Source: a bacterium (GTDB lineage Bacteria > UBA8248). From it: a DNA stretch of 64,000 bases. The stretch spans positions 27,904-91,903 of the forward strand of contig CBDBZY010000005.1 in the NCBI GenBank assembly GCA_965213685.1, given 5' to 3'. The notes beneath the pieces are model-generated. The model was given only the letters and a program-made list of their open reading frames with translations. It searched no databases and was not told the origin of the DNA. Both the position numbers and the translations under genes were made by a program. Of the stretch, positions 19,395 to 29,521 are shown piece by piece. Each line of letters opens with the position of its first letter. Position 1 is the first letter of the stretch.

Positions 19395-19811
19395 ATGAAA
19401 ACCCTGCTCGCTGTCTCTGTTTTACTGTTCGCGCTCCCCGCTGGTGCTGAAGCGGGGTATTACGACATAAAGAAAAGCCCATCCGAACCCACGCCCGTCA
19501 TGATCTGTACTGTAGGTCATTGGTGTCGCATGATATGCCCTTCGGAAAAATTTCGCCACGCATTGAATGTAGAAGGAGGCGTCACGAAATTCAAGAAAGT
19601 GTCATGGTGGTATAACACGAAGGACAATGAGGTTAATATCCCAGGGGACTCGGCTGTTCCCAAGTTGAATAAATTAATCACTGATCGTGTCCACGAATAT
19701 ATTAAGCACGCAATCAGCGAGATTGAGCCTAGATGCGGGGATTTCTGGGGAGAACTGGAGAAAAAGTTTCAGGAGATGAAGATGAAAGGGCTTCTTCCTT
19801 CACTGAAATAG
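19395..19811 (+). CDS. Lower-GC secreted hypothetical protein, 138 aa
   Basis: RBS GAGGAA, signal peptide MKTLLAVSVLLFALPAGAEA, four Cys; lies between the direct repeats. Confidence 0.75.
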   Translation: MKTLLAVSVLLFALPAGAEAGYYDIKKSPSEPTPVMICTVGHWCRMICPSEKFRHALNVEGGVTKFKKVSWWYNTKDNEVNIPGDSAVPKLNKLITDRVHEYIKHAISEIEPRCGDFWGELEKKFQEMKMKGLLPSLK

Positions 19812-19820
19812 AGGGGCGCC

Positions 19821-19894
19821 GATGCGCTCGCCTGTCATCGTCGCAGAGGCGAGAGGAACGGACGCGCCCATCCGGGGCGGAGTGGCGCCCAGGC
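19821..19894. repeat. Direct repeat copy 2 (core 19834-19894)
   Basis: Three mismatches to the copy-1 core. Confidence 0.88.
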
Positions 19895-19999
19895 GTAAAT
19901 CGCGCTCGCCGCCCGCTCCACCTCACTCGGGGTAATCTCCACCCAGTAGTGCGCGCGCCTTGCCGAGGGTCATCCCGACGCGGTAAGAGGTGTACAAAC

Positions 20000-22419
20000 G
20001 TTGTGGATTGCGGCCAGGCATCGATCAGCGATAATCCAAAAGACAATGCCTACTACGTCGATGGAGTTGTGGATTGCGGCCAGGCATCGATCAGCGATAA
20101 TACCAGGCTATGACCACTCCGACCTCCGACCGTTGTGGATTGCGGCCAGGCATCGATCAGCGATAATCGCAGTTGGTCGGCGGCCGTCGCGATCTGGGTT
20201 GTGGATTGCGGCCAGGCATCGATCAGCGATAATCGACATGGACTTCAGCCCGGCCGTATCTCCGTTGTGGATTGCGGCCAGGCATCGATCAGCGATAATC
20301 TGGGGTGGCTTCGACGGCCAGAGGTCTATGTTGTGGATTGCGGCCAGGCATCGATCAGCGATAATGGAAAACCCCCGGGGTGATGGAGAACTATAGTTGT
20401 GGATTGCGGCCAGGCATCGATCAGCGATAATCATCCTCTCCCGTCTTCCTGCCGTGGAGGCGTTGTGGATTGCGGCCAGGCATCGATCAGCGATAATCGA
20501 ACCGGAGTGCCCGCAGGAGTGCGACGGTTGTGGATTGCGGCCAGGCCACGAACGACATCGATCAGCGATAATAAGCGGCCGATCGGCGGCGGGGCAGCAC
20601 CACGTTGTGGATTGCGGCCAGGCATCGATCAGCGATAATTGAGCCGAGCAAGAAAGGTTGACCCTCTTCGTTGTGGATTGCGGCCAGGCATCGATCAGCG
20701 ATAATCACCTCTTCGTTCGGACGCTATCATGTTCGGGTTGTGGATTGCGGCCAGGCATCGATCAGCGATAATCCCGCCTCAGCCAGCCCGGCCTCAGGCA
20801 TGGGATCGCTGTCGTTGTGGATTGCGGCCAGGCATCGATCAGCGATAATACGATGTCTCCTTACCACACTCAAGTTGCGGCCAGGCATCGACGCAAGTGG
20901 TACGGGTTGTGGATTGCGGCCAGGCATCGATCAGCGATAATCGCGCCCTTTCGCGATCACAATCCCTGCAGGTTGTGGATTGCGGCCAGGCATCGATCAG
21001 CGATAATCCGCATCGTGTTCGACATTGAGGCGCCTGGGTTGTGGATTGCGGCCAGGCATCGATCAGCGATAATCGCGCCCTTTCAGGCGATCATCAATCC
21101 CTGCAGGTTGTGGATTGCGGCCAGGGCACGATCAGCGATAATTCTGGTGGCACGGGGCGGGTAATGCAGCACGTTGTGGATTGCGGCCAGGCATCGATCA
21201 GCGATAATTGAACTTTTTTTCGGGAGGTCACCCGAGAAGTTGTGGATTGCGGCCAGGCATCGATCAGCGATAATTATAACGCTTGGCATCCGAGAAGAAT
21301 GGGAGTTGTGGATTGCGGCCAGGCATCGATCAGCGATAATCTCCGGCAGGGCCATGGCGTTCACACTACTGTTGTGGATTGCGGCCAGGCATCGATCAGC
21401 GATAATTTTGAACTGAAGAGAGAGAAACCAGGCATCGTTGTGGATTGCGGCCAGGCATCGATCAGCGATAATGAGCGTTTCGTCGCGAAGAGCAGACGAA
21501 ACGTTGTGGATTGCGGCCAGGCATCGATCAGCGATAATCTCCGGCAGGGCCATGGCGTTCACACTACTGTTGTGGATTGCGGCCAGGCATCGATCAGCGA
21601 TAATTTTGAACTGAAGAGAGAGAAACCAGGCATCGTTGTGGATTGCGGCCAGGCATCGATCAGCGATAATATAAAATCGGCGATTTCATAGGCGATGCCG
21701 TTGTGGATTGCGGCCAGGCATCGATCAGCGATAATACGACATTGAGGCGAGTGGGTTGTGGAGCGCCAGGCATCGATCAGCGATATCGCGCCCTTTCGCG
21801 TTGTGGATTGCGGCCAGGCATCGATCAGCGATAATACCTAGGGACTACCAGGTGGAGGGTAAGGGCGCTCGTTGTGGATTGCGGCCAGGCATCGATCAGC
21901 GATAATGACGCTTCTGGCGGACGCGCCTGTGGATGGGTTGTGGATTGCGGCCAGGCATCGATCAGCGATAATGGGCGCGCGCCGAACGCGCGCGCACCGG
22001 GGGTTGTGGATTGCGGCCAGGCATCGATCAGCGATAATCGGAAGCCTCATCATAACGGCGTTCCTTAAGTTGTGGATTGCGGCCAGGCATCGATCAGCGA
22101 TAATAAAGCGAGTATAGGGCGCACCTTCAGGGCGGTTGTGGATTGCGGCCAGGCATCGATCAGCGATAATGGAAGCGTTCATCATGACGGCCTGTGGATG
22201 GAGTTGTGGATTGCGGCCAGGCATCGATCAGCGATAATGGAGGCGCGCGCGGCCAAAGAAGACGCAGGTTGGGATTGCGGCCAGGCATCGGCGTTGACGA
22301 CCTGATCGATGCGTTGTGGATTGCGGCCAGGCATCGATCAGCGATAATCCACACGCGCAGCTACCGAACTTCAGAAGAATCATGTTGTGGATTGCGGCCA
22401 GGCATCGATCAGCGATAAT
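20000..22419 (+). CRISPR. Type II-C CRISPR array, 36-nt repeat GTTGTGGATTGCGGCCAGGCATCGATCAGCGATAAT, ~38 repeat units (about 33 intact), spacers mostly 30 nt
   Basis: 66-nt period; adjacent to cas2. Strand inferred from the GTTGT start, the anti-repeat strand and a downstream terminator. Confidence 0.98.
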
Positions 22420-22452
22420 GGATTCATCCCAAGCGTTTGAATCCATTCGGTT

Positions 22453-22502
22453 AAGGCTCCCGAGAGCAGATCAGAACAGGGCGATCTGCTCGGGAGCCTT
22501 TT
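22453..22502 (+). terminator. Long hairpin plus T-run spanning the cas2 stop; probable pre-crRNA terminator
   Basis: AAGGCTCCCGAG(AG)CAGATC-10 nt-GATCTGCTCGGGAGCCTT-TT. Confidence 0.65.
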
Positions 22503-22800
22503 CTGTGGCCCCGCGAATCTTTCCGTGAAACACCTTCATCCGGGAAAACTGCTTGTCGGTAAAAAGAAGCAGCCGCACCTCGCCGTCGGGGGGCAGTGCG
22601 CCGTTCACCCGCTTCTCGTGCACCGCGGCGTTCTCCGCACTCGGGCAGTGGCGGGCGTAGACGGAATACTGGAGCATCGCGAAGCCGTCATCGAGCAGGG
22701 CGCCGCGAAACTCCTGGTAGGCCTTGCGGGCGGCCTTCGTGTCGGTCGGCAGGTCGAACATCACCATCAGCCACATGCTGCGCCAGCCGCCGAAGGTCAT
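22471..22800 (-). CDS. cas2: CRISPR-associated Cas2
   Basis: WLMVMFDLPT, LLDDGFAMLQYSVYAR, FTDKQF. Confidence 0.95.
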   Translation of the reverse strand: MTFGGWRSMWLMVMFDLPTDTKAARKAYQEFRGALLDDGFAMLQYSVYARHCPSAENAAVHEKRVNGALPPDGEVRLLLFTDKQFSRMKVFHGKIRGATEKAPEQIALF

Positions 22801-23693
22801 GGCCGGGGGATGTCCGCCTCCTTCTCCTCCCCGCAGAGGACGCGGCGGACGCCGGCGGCGTAGTACTGCAGGGCGGTGAGGAGGGGGTAGTTCCTTCCGC
22901 CGAACCGCACCTCGCCCGCCAGAATCTCGAGAAGCTCGCGCTTCTCCTCCCTCCCGAGCTCCGGCTCCTCCCCCCAGATGTCGGGGGCGTCCGCCATGCG
23001 CCGCACCTGGCGATCCACCATCGGCCGCAACGGCTCCACCAGGTCGTCGGCGAGGCAGAAGCCGTCATACTGGTTGTGGTGGTGGAGGCCGAGAGCGGGG
23101 TGCAGACCCGCCGCGACAATCGCGCGGGCCGTCGCCGCGCGAATCAGCGAGTAGCCGTAGTTCAAAAGGCGGTTGACGCCCGGAAGCGCGCGATCCCGCC
23201 GGAAATCCGCCCCGAACAGCAGGGGCCAATACATCCGCGCGGCGCGCGCCTCGGCGTGGGCGGGCTCCTCCCCGCGCGCCGCCCGCCCGGCTATCGCCCG
23301 CAGGGGGCCGCCGTATTCGCCGAATGCGTCCAGGGCGTCCGCCTGGGCGAGAATCTTCGCGCGCACGATGGCCCGCCAGAGGCGGCCCTGCCTCCCGGGG
23401 GTCGCGGCGGCCTGCTCCCTGACGATGCGGCTGTGGAGGGTGTGCCCGTCCAGCGGGAGCAGGACGGAGGCGGGCAGGTGCTTCTCGTCGCACATCACCA
23501 CGGCGACGTTGTTCTTCATGCACTCGGCGAGCAGACCCTGGGAGGGGCGGATGGCGGGGTGATCCAGAATCAGGACGCCCAGATCCTCCACGGGGAGGGA
23601 CTCGGCGGCGAACTTATCCCGCTCGACCTTGAGCTGCTTCCGGCTAAGCGAGAGGCGGGCGGGGCTTCCGATCTCGACGATTCGTTTGAGCAT
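22797..23693 (-). CDS. cas1: CRISPR-associated Cas1 (type II)
   Basis: EARAARMYW, NRLLNYGY, GLHHHNQY, LADDLVEPLRP; ATG 23693 overlaps the end of cas9. Confidence 0.95.
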   Translation of the reverse strand: MLKRIVEIGSPARLSLSRKQLKVERDKFAAESLPVEDLGVLILDHPAIRPSQGLLAECMKNNVAVVMCDEKHLPASVLLPLDGHTLHSRIVREQAAATPGRQGRLWRAIVRAKILAQADALDAFGEYGGPLRAIAGRAARGEEPAHAEARAARMYWPLLFGADFRRDRALPGVNRLLNYGYSLIRAATARAIVAAGLHPALGLHHHNQYDGFCLADDLVEPLRPMVDRQVRRMADAPDIWGEEPELGREEKRELLEILAGEVRFGGRNYPLLTALQYYAAGVRRVLCGEEKEADIPRP

Positions 23694-26673
23694 GGGCGGT
23701 CTCCAGGTTTCCCAGGGGGTCGACGGACATCTTCGCCGCCCTGAGCGTGTGGGGGGTAGCAATCAACCGTGTTGCCTTGTCCTCTAGTGTCGTGCTCGTG
23801 TGCGCGCGCAGCGTGATTTTTACTTCCCCTGTTGTCCAAATTTTCGAAACCTTCTGCACGCGATAAAGGGCGCAACCGTTCTTCGGCTCATCGAGCTGGA
23901 CCATGTCGTTGACAGAAAGCGACATGACGAACCGCCACCCCTCCGCGCACTCGCGCGAGACGATGGGCATCTTCTCGCGGCGGGCGCGCCGGGCGGCCTC
24001 CAGGGTCGTTATGACGCGGCCCTTTCGCCTGCCCGTCTGGACGTTCTCGATGATCTCGACGTGGTGGTTGTTCCCCAGGGCGTAATACTTGAAGGGTTCT
24101 TCCTCTCCATCCCGCGAGACCGAAAACAGCCCATCCGGACTAAGGTTCTCGGCGACGCGCACCTTCTTGATCCGCGTCCTCCCCGAACCTTTCCGGGAAT
24201 GCGGGAGGGAAAGGGGGTTGCTCTCGGGGAAGGCGTCCTTGGCCTTCCAGCCGTGGGCCTCCATGCGCTCTTGCACGAGCTCCCGGACCCGGCCGTCCAC
24301 GATTTTCTCCACCTGCTTCCTGCTGAGCAATTCGAGCGAAACCCTGCGGACGAAGCACGCCTCTCCCTCAAGAGAGATGCGCCCATACGCGGTTTCTTCA
24401 TGAAGAGCGCCACTAATCTTCCTTCCGCTCGGCTGGTGGGAGACCACGATGGCCCGCACCTTCTGCCGCGCCTCGTCCTTGAATCCGGGCCAGGGCGACC
24501 CGAGCGGAAAACCCCTCTTGCCCAGAACCGCGCGCTGCTCGGCGGAGAGTTTCGCTATGCCGTTGAAGAGCTTCCGGTTCGTGAGGGCGACGACCAGCGC
24601 GTCGATGGCGTGGTGGCGATGGTCGGCGCGGTTCTTCCCGATGTCGGAATCGACGGCGAGAATCGCGTTGAGCCTCCAGGAGCGGCGCAGGGCGGCGGTG
24701 GCCTGCCCGGTCGTCACCTCGATGTTCGCGCCCAACGCCTTGAGATATTTGCTCACCTCGCGGCTGATGTAGCGGGTGTCGTTGAGCTGACGCTCGATGA
24801 ACTTGTTCAGATCGAGCTCCTTCTGCTCGAAGCGCTTCCTCTTGGGATAGGGCATCTCCTTCATGGAGAAGACGCGCTGCCGGACTTGGTCGAACCGCCC
24901 GGCGTCGCCACCCCATGCCTCCCGGGGCGTCCGGTTCCCCTTCTCCCGGTTGGCGGAAGCCAGGGCGAGCACCTTGTTCATGTAGGAATCGTCCAGCGTC
25001 CTGCTGTAGGGGAGGATGTGATCCACCTCGAAGGCGGGGCTGAAAATATCATGCTGCCCGATGCTCCTGCCGGAATAGGGGCATACGCATTTCTGCTCCT
25101 TCCACAGGCGGTATCGGAGCCTGTTGCCGCCGTTGTCGGATTGCCCCTGCTCCGCCATCACCTCCCGTGCCTCATCGTTGAGGTCCCTGTTCTTCTTGTT
25201 CTGGACGTTCAGCCTTTTCTTCTGCTCCTTGCCGAGCTTCATGTCCCGGGCGAGCTCCACCCGGATGCGCGCCGGCTTCCCGTGTTTGCGGATGATGGCG
25301 TTCACCACCTTGCGCACCTCGTTGATCGCCTTCTGGACGATGGGGTTTCTCAGGTCGGGGGCGGGCGGCAGCACATCCTCCTCCGGCGTCTTTTTTTGAT
25401 CCTCGCGCAGATAGCCCGCTCGCTGGCAGGCGTCGTGGTAGTTCTCCCCCCGCTCCAGGTACGGGCTGATCCTGCGAATCGCCCGCAGGGAGAGGTTGGC
25501 GTAGCCCGGCTGAAACTCCGTGTTCAGCAGCGCGTCCGCCTGCGCACTCGTGAGTTTCCAGTGCTCCGTCAACCGCTTCGAAAGGGTCTCTTCCTTGTGA
25601 ATGCTGAACACATCCTCCAGAAAAGCGTCCCGCTCGCTATCGGACATGGCGTCCCATGTCTTTTTGGAGAGAATTTTCCGGATGTCGCAGAGCGTGCGCG
25701 CACCCAGCAGGTTCTTCTTCCCGCCCTCCTCGATATTGAAGGTTTCGCCGGAGTGCAGTCCCAACGCCTTGCGGACGCTGTTCCAGCCGAGCGTTTTCCG
25801 CTCCCGAAGAAGGTCCTTGATCTCCTCTCTTTCTTCTTGCCTGAGCGGACGATACCCGCCCGTCTGCGGGTCTCTGACCTCGAGATGGTTGACGTCCTGG
25901 AGTGCCCTGAACCACTGGGCCTCCGGGCGGCCCCAGGGACATCTCTTCCTGCCCGGCTCGAAGGTGCATTTTCCGACGAGCCCCTTCTGCAGTTTCAGGG
26001 GACGCTGGTGGAACAGAATCTTGCGGACGCGGTCGCGCGGGGCGTCACCCAGCAGATCGGGGCGAAACTCCGCCTGCTTCCGCCAGAGAAGGTCGAATTC
26101 CTCCTCATACATTTTCCGCTCCGTCCGATGGTTCCTCTTCTTCGGCTTGTCCGCCAGATATGCGCCCAGCGTGCGCCTGCCGGATTTCTTGATATCCTCT
26201 CTCAGCCCCGCAATCTCCTGGAGAACCTTCCCGTCTTCCTTTTTCTTCTCCTTGGAATCGCGCACCTTGCGGTTGCTGAGAAACCCCCGCCGCTGGTTCA
26301 GATGGAAGATGGCACGGCCCAGCTCATGCGGGGGAATTTCGCTCTTCAGCCCCCGCTTGCGAATCTCATAGGGGTCGGCCTCGTGGAACAGCCTCTGCCG
26401 CTCCCCGCGCTCCTCGGGCAGGAGGCTCGAGCGGATGAGTTCGTTCCGGAGGGTTTCGCGCCGCATCTTCCGCCTGGCAAGCTGACGGCGGCGGCCCCGC
26501 GCGGCGCGCCTCTCGTGGTTCCTGGGCGTTTTCGTCTTCCTGTCCACCATCTCCTGAAACACCCGGACGCCGATAGCCTCGAGGCGCTGCGGTTCTTCCG
26601 CCTCGTTCTCCTCGATGAGCGCCCAGCCGATGGAGTTGGGGCCAAGGTCGAGTCCGAGGGTCAAATCGGGCAT
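23644..26673 (-). CDS. cas9: Type II-C Cas9, 1009 aa
   Basis: RuvC-I LGLDLGPNSIGWA, Arg-rich bridge helix, RuvC-II IRVELAR, HNH EVDHILPYSRTLDDSYMNKVL, RuvC-III HRHHAIDA; no csn2 or cas4 in the locus. Confidence 0.97.
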   Translation of the reverse strand: MPDLTLGLDLGPNSIGWALIEENEAEEPQRLEAIGVRVFQEMVDRKTKTPRNHERRAARGRRRQLARRKMRRETLRNELIRSSLLPEERGERQRLFHEADPYEIRKRGLKSEIPPHELGRAIFHLNQRRGFLSNRKVRDSKEKKKEDGKVLQEIAGLREDIKKSGRRTLGAYLADKPKKRNHRTERKMYEEEFDLLWRKQAEFRPDLLGDAPRDRVRKILFHQRPLKLQKGLVGKCTFEPGRKRCPWGRPEAQWFRALQDVNHLEVRDPQTGGYRPLRQEEREEIKDLLRERKTLGWNSVRKALGLHSGETFNIEEGGKKNLLGARTLCDIRKILSKKTWDAMSDSERDAFLEDVFSIHKEETLSKRLTEHWKLTSAQADALLNTEFQPGYANLSLRAIRRISPYLERGENYHDACQRAGYLREDQKKTPEEDVLPPAPDLRNPIVQKAINEVRKVVNAIIRKHGKPARIRVELARDMKLGKEQKKRLNVQNKKNRDLNDEAREVMAEQGQSDNGGNRLRYRLWKEQKCVCPYSGRSIGQHDIFSPAFEVDHILPYSRTLDDSYMNKVLALASANREKGNRTPREAWGGDAGRFDQVRQRVFSMKEMPYPKRKRFEQKELDLNKFIERQLNDTRYISREVSKYLKALGANIEVTTGQATAALRRSWRLNAILAVDSDIGKNRADHRHHAIDALVVALTNRKLFNGIAKLSAEQRAVLGKRGFPLGSPWPGFKDEARQKVRAIVVSHQPSGRKISGALHEETAYGRISLEGEACFVRRVSLELLSRKQVEKIVDGRVRELVQERMEAHGWKAKDAFPESNPLSLPHSRKGSGRTRIKKVRVAENLSPDGLFSVSRDGEEEPFKYYALGNNHHVEIIENVQTGRRKGRVITTLEAARRARREKMPIVSRECAEGWRFVMSLSVNDMVQLDEPKNGCALYRVQKVSKIWTTGEVKITLRAHTSTTLEDKATRLIATPHTLRAAKMSVDPLGNLETAHAQTNRRDRKPRPPLA

Positions 26674-26689
26674 TGTGGAAATTCTCCTG

Positions 26690-26725
26690 TTGACACCATG
26701 AGCGAGAGGGGGTAAAAGTATAGCA
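26690..26725. promoter_or_regulatory. Overlapping divergent promoters for tracrRNA (+) and cas9 (-)
   Basis: + strand TTGACA (26690)-17 nt-TAAAAG (26713); - strand extended -10 TGCTATACT (26725-26717). Confidence 0.55.
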
Positions 26726-26877
26726 GTTTTCGCTGATCGATGCCTAGTTGCTTTTTTCGCGTTTCACAACAAGAAGCGAACAAGCTTCGGAGGCAAGTCC
26801 CCGAACGGGGAAACGAAACCACCCCTCACTTTTGGGGGGAAACCAAAACCCCGGGCGCTCCGGCTCCCGGGGTTTTG
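26726..26877 (+). ncRNA. tracrRNA
   Basis: Anti-repeat TCGCTGATCGATGCCTAGTTGC...TTTCACAAC (26726-26770), then AAG nexus, hairpins and terminator AAAACCCCGGG...CCCGGGGTTTT. Confidence 0.88.
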
Positions 26878-26924
26878 TTATGGATGAATGGATTCCATCA
26901 TCCCGCAGGGGGCGGGGAGTTTCC

Positions 26925-28199
26925 CTACCGCGCGAGCCGGATTCCGCTGAACTGCCATCGCGCCTCGGGAGGAAAGAAGTTTCGGTAGGTGGGGCGGACG
27001 TGGTTTCGGCTCGTGGCGCAGGAGCCGCCGCGCAGGACGTATTGGTTGCACATGAACTTGCCGTTGTACTCGCCGATGGCCCCGGGCGCGGGACGATAGC
27101 CCGGGTAGGCGCCGTAGGCACTCGACGTCCACTCCCATACGTCGCCATACATCTGGGCGGGCGCGTCCGCGGGCCCGGCGTCGAGCGCCAGGGGGTGAAA
27201 GCGCGCGCTGTCGGCGAAATTTCCGGCGCGCGTGGCGCCTCCCGCCGCCGTCTCCCATTCGGCCTCGGTCGGCAGCCTCGCCCCCGCCCAGCGGGCGTAG
27301 GCGTCGGCCTCGAAGTAGCTCACGTGGCACACCGGCGCGCGCAGGTCTATCGGCGCGAGACCGGAGAGGGTGAAGTGCCTCCAGGCGCCGGCCGCTCGCA
27401 CCCAGTAAAGTGGTGCCCGCCAACCCTCCGCGCAAACCCGGGCCCAGCCCAGCGAGAGCCAGTGCTCGGGCCGCTCGTAGCCGCCATCGGCCATGAAGGC
27501 CAGAAACTCCCCGTTGGTGACGAGCCGATCCGCCATCTCCCAGGCTTCGCAGAAGACGCGATGTCTGGGCGATTCGTTGTCGAAGGCGAAGCCCGCGCCA
27601 TCGTGCCCCATCCAGCGAACGCCCTCCGGATAGCCCCGCCAGCCCGGGGGCTTCACGCTCCCGTTTTGCGGGCTTCCCTCCTGCTGAGGCGGCGCCTCGC
27701 GATAGACCGGATGAAGCGGGTTCACGGAGAGCACGTGCTTGATGTCGGTAAGCATGAGCTCCTGGTGCTGCTGCTCGTGGTGGAGGCCGATTTCGAGGAG
27801 GGGGGCGAGGCGGGCCAGCTGCGCCTCGCCCGCTCCGGCCAGCAGCTTTTCCACCTGCGCGTCCACGTGGCGGCGATAGGCGTACACCTCATCGAGTGCG
27901 GGCCGGGAGACGTGGCCCCGCAGATGCCTGGGAAACTGCTCCCCCACGCCGTTGTAGTAGGAGTTGAACAGGACGATGAAATCCGGATGAAACGGCTCGT
28001 AGCCGGCGAGGGCCTCCCGCAGGATGAAGGTCTCGAAGAACCAGGTGATGTGCGCCAGGTGCCAGCGGGTGGGGCTCACGTCCGGCATCGACTGGATGAC
28101 GGTGTCCTCCGGTGCTAGGGGTGCCGCCAACTCCAGGCTGAAGCGGCGGACGTCCAGAAACCGCGTCGTCATATCATCGACAAGCCGGGCGTTCGACAT
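26925..28199 (-). CDS. egtB: Ergothioneine biosynthesis sulfoxide synthase
   Basis: [37 protein letters not shown]-sulfatase C-terminus EYNGKFM...YRNFF. Confidence 0.9.
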   Translation of the reverse strand: MSNARLVDDMTTRFLDVRRFSLELAAPLAPEDTVIQSMPDVSPTRWHLAHITWFFETFILREALAGYEPFHPDFIVLFNSYYNGVGEQFPRHLRGHVSRPALDEVYAYRRHVDAQVEKLLAGAGEAQLARLAPLLEIGLHHEQQHQELMLTDIKHVLSVNPLHPVYREAPPQQEGSPQNGSVKPPGWRGYPEGVRWMGHDGAGFAFDNESPRHRVFCEAWEMADRLVTNGEFLAFMADGGYERPEHWLSLGWARVCAEGWRAPLYWVRAAGAWRHFTLSGLAPIDLRAPVCHVSYFEADAYARWAGARLPTEAEWETAAGGATRAGNFADSARFHPLALDAGPADAPAQMYGDVWEWTSSAYGAYPGYRPAPGAIGEYNGKFMCNQYVLRGGSCATSRNHVRPTYRNFFPPEARWQFSGIRLAR

Positions 28200-29206
28200 G
28201 GCGCATCCTCCATCGTATTCCGCCCCTCGGGGTCTGCGGTGAGATACTGCACGCTGAACCAGTCCGCCTCGTCCGTCCACACGCGCTCCACGCGCATCCC
28301 CCCGCGCGCGGCCAGGGTGCGGAAACCCTCGAGCGTGTATTTGTGAGAGTTCTCGCTGTGGATGCTCTCGCCCTCGGCGAAGGTGAACTCCGCATCCCCC
28401 ACCCGCACCTTCTGCGCCTTCCGGCTCACGAGGCGCATCTCGACGCGGCCCCGCTCCGCGTCGTAGGACGCCTGGTGGCGAAACTGATCGAGCGCAAAAT
28501 CCGCCCCCAGCTCCTCGTTGATGCGCCGCAGGAGGTTGAGGTTGAAATCCCGCGTCACCTCCTCCTTGTCGTTGTAGGCCACCTCGATGATGGGCGCCGC
28601 CTTCTGCAGGTCCACGCCCACCAGAAGACCGCCCCCGGCCCCCACCGTCCGCGCGACGTTCGCCAGAAACGCCACCGCCTCCTCGTCCGTGAAGTTTCCG
28701 ATGGTGGAGCCCGGAAAATAGGCGGCCACGCGCCCATAGGCCGCCGCCACCGGCGGCAGCGCGAACGGCCGGGTGAAGTCCGCGCACACGGGCGCGACCT
28801 CGAGGGCCGCAAAATCCGCCGCGAGCCCCCGCGCCGCGCCGCGCAGGTGCTTCTTCGATATGTCCACCGGAACGTAGGCGGCGGGCCGTTCGAGATGCGC
28901 GAGCAGGGCGCGTATCTTGCGGTCCGAGCCGCTGCCGTATTCGACGATCAGCGCCTCGGGCCCGATAGCCTCCGCCATCTCGGCCGCGGCCTCCTCCATG
29001 ATGCGAAGCTCCGTCCGGGTGAGGTAGTATTCGTCCAGCTCGCAGATGCGCTCGAAGAGCCGCGAGCCGCGCTCATCGTAGAAATACTTGCAGGGCAGGG
29101 TCTTGGCGGGAGCGCCGAGGCCCTCGAGCACATCCGCCCGAAAGTCCCGGAGCCCGGGCCTGTAGTCGTAGAGCTTGATCTCGCGCGTCGCCCCGGTGCC
29201 CGCCAC
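28169..29206 (-). CDS. egtD: L-histidine N-alpha-methyltransferase
   Basis: [46 protein letters not shown]. Confidence 0.93.
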   Translation of the reverse strand: MAGTGATREIKLYDYRPGLRDFRADVLEGLGAPAKTLPCKYFYDERGSRLFERICELDEYYLTRTELRIMEEAAAEMAEAIGPEALIVEYGSGSDRKIRALLAHLERPAAYVPVDISKKHLRGAARGLAADFAALEVAPVCADFTRPFALPPVAAAYGRVAAYFPGSTIGNFTDEEAVAFLANVARTVGAGGGLLVGVDLQKAAPIIEVAYNDKEEVTRDFNLNLLRRINEELGADFALDQFRHQASYDAERGRVEMRLVSRKAQKVRVGDAEFTFAEGESIHSENSHKYTLEGFRTLAARGGMRVERVWTDEADWFSVQYLTADPEGRNTMEDAPCRTPGLSMI

Positions 29207-29521
29207 ACAAATTCCCCGAACGTCCCCACAGATTCCGCGATTCCGGTCATTCCGCCCCAGGCGCGGAGAGATCCCCCCCTTCCCCCCGTTGGAGAGAGAG
29301 AAAGTCCCCCGGTGCGCAACCTCGTAGCCTACGACGCCCGGCGCGTCGATTCAAGGAGGGAGGCCATACCCCCCCCCCGTTCTCGTTCGGGAGGGGGAGT
29401 ACACATTTCAAAACGCCCGGGGATGACAGATTCCGCGCGGATGCCCCGCGGCCCGCTTTTCTTTCCCGGACCCCGCATCGGTGGTATGAATGGTGTCGCG
29501 CGCCCCTTTTCGGAAACCTCC

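Noticed and set aside
21671-21699. Spacer sharing CATAGGCGATGCC with the enoyl-CoA hydratase gene near 52386
   Set aside because: Only 13 nt match, plausible by chance. No full self-targeting spacer was seen by eye, but the search was not exhaustive.
19729-22528. Many short repetitive ORFs (WIAARHRSAI / DCGQASISDN)
   Set aside because: Translations of the CRISPR repeats.
23800-26715. 971-aa ORF antisense to cas9 (likewise 45034..48057, 42178..44661, 54577..57006, 29408..32053)
   Set aside because: Antisense shadow ORFs typical of high-GC coding DNA; no motifs.
26925-28199. EgtB homologue as selenoneine synthase SenA
   Set aside because: No adjacent senB glycosyltransferase or senC/selD; pairing with egtD fits ordinary EgtB.
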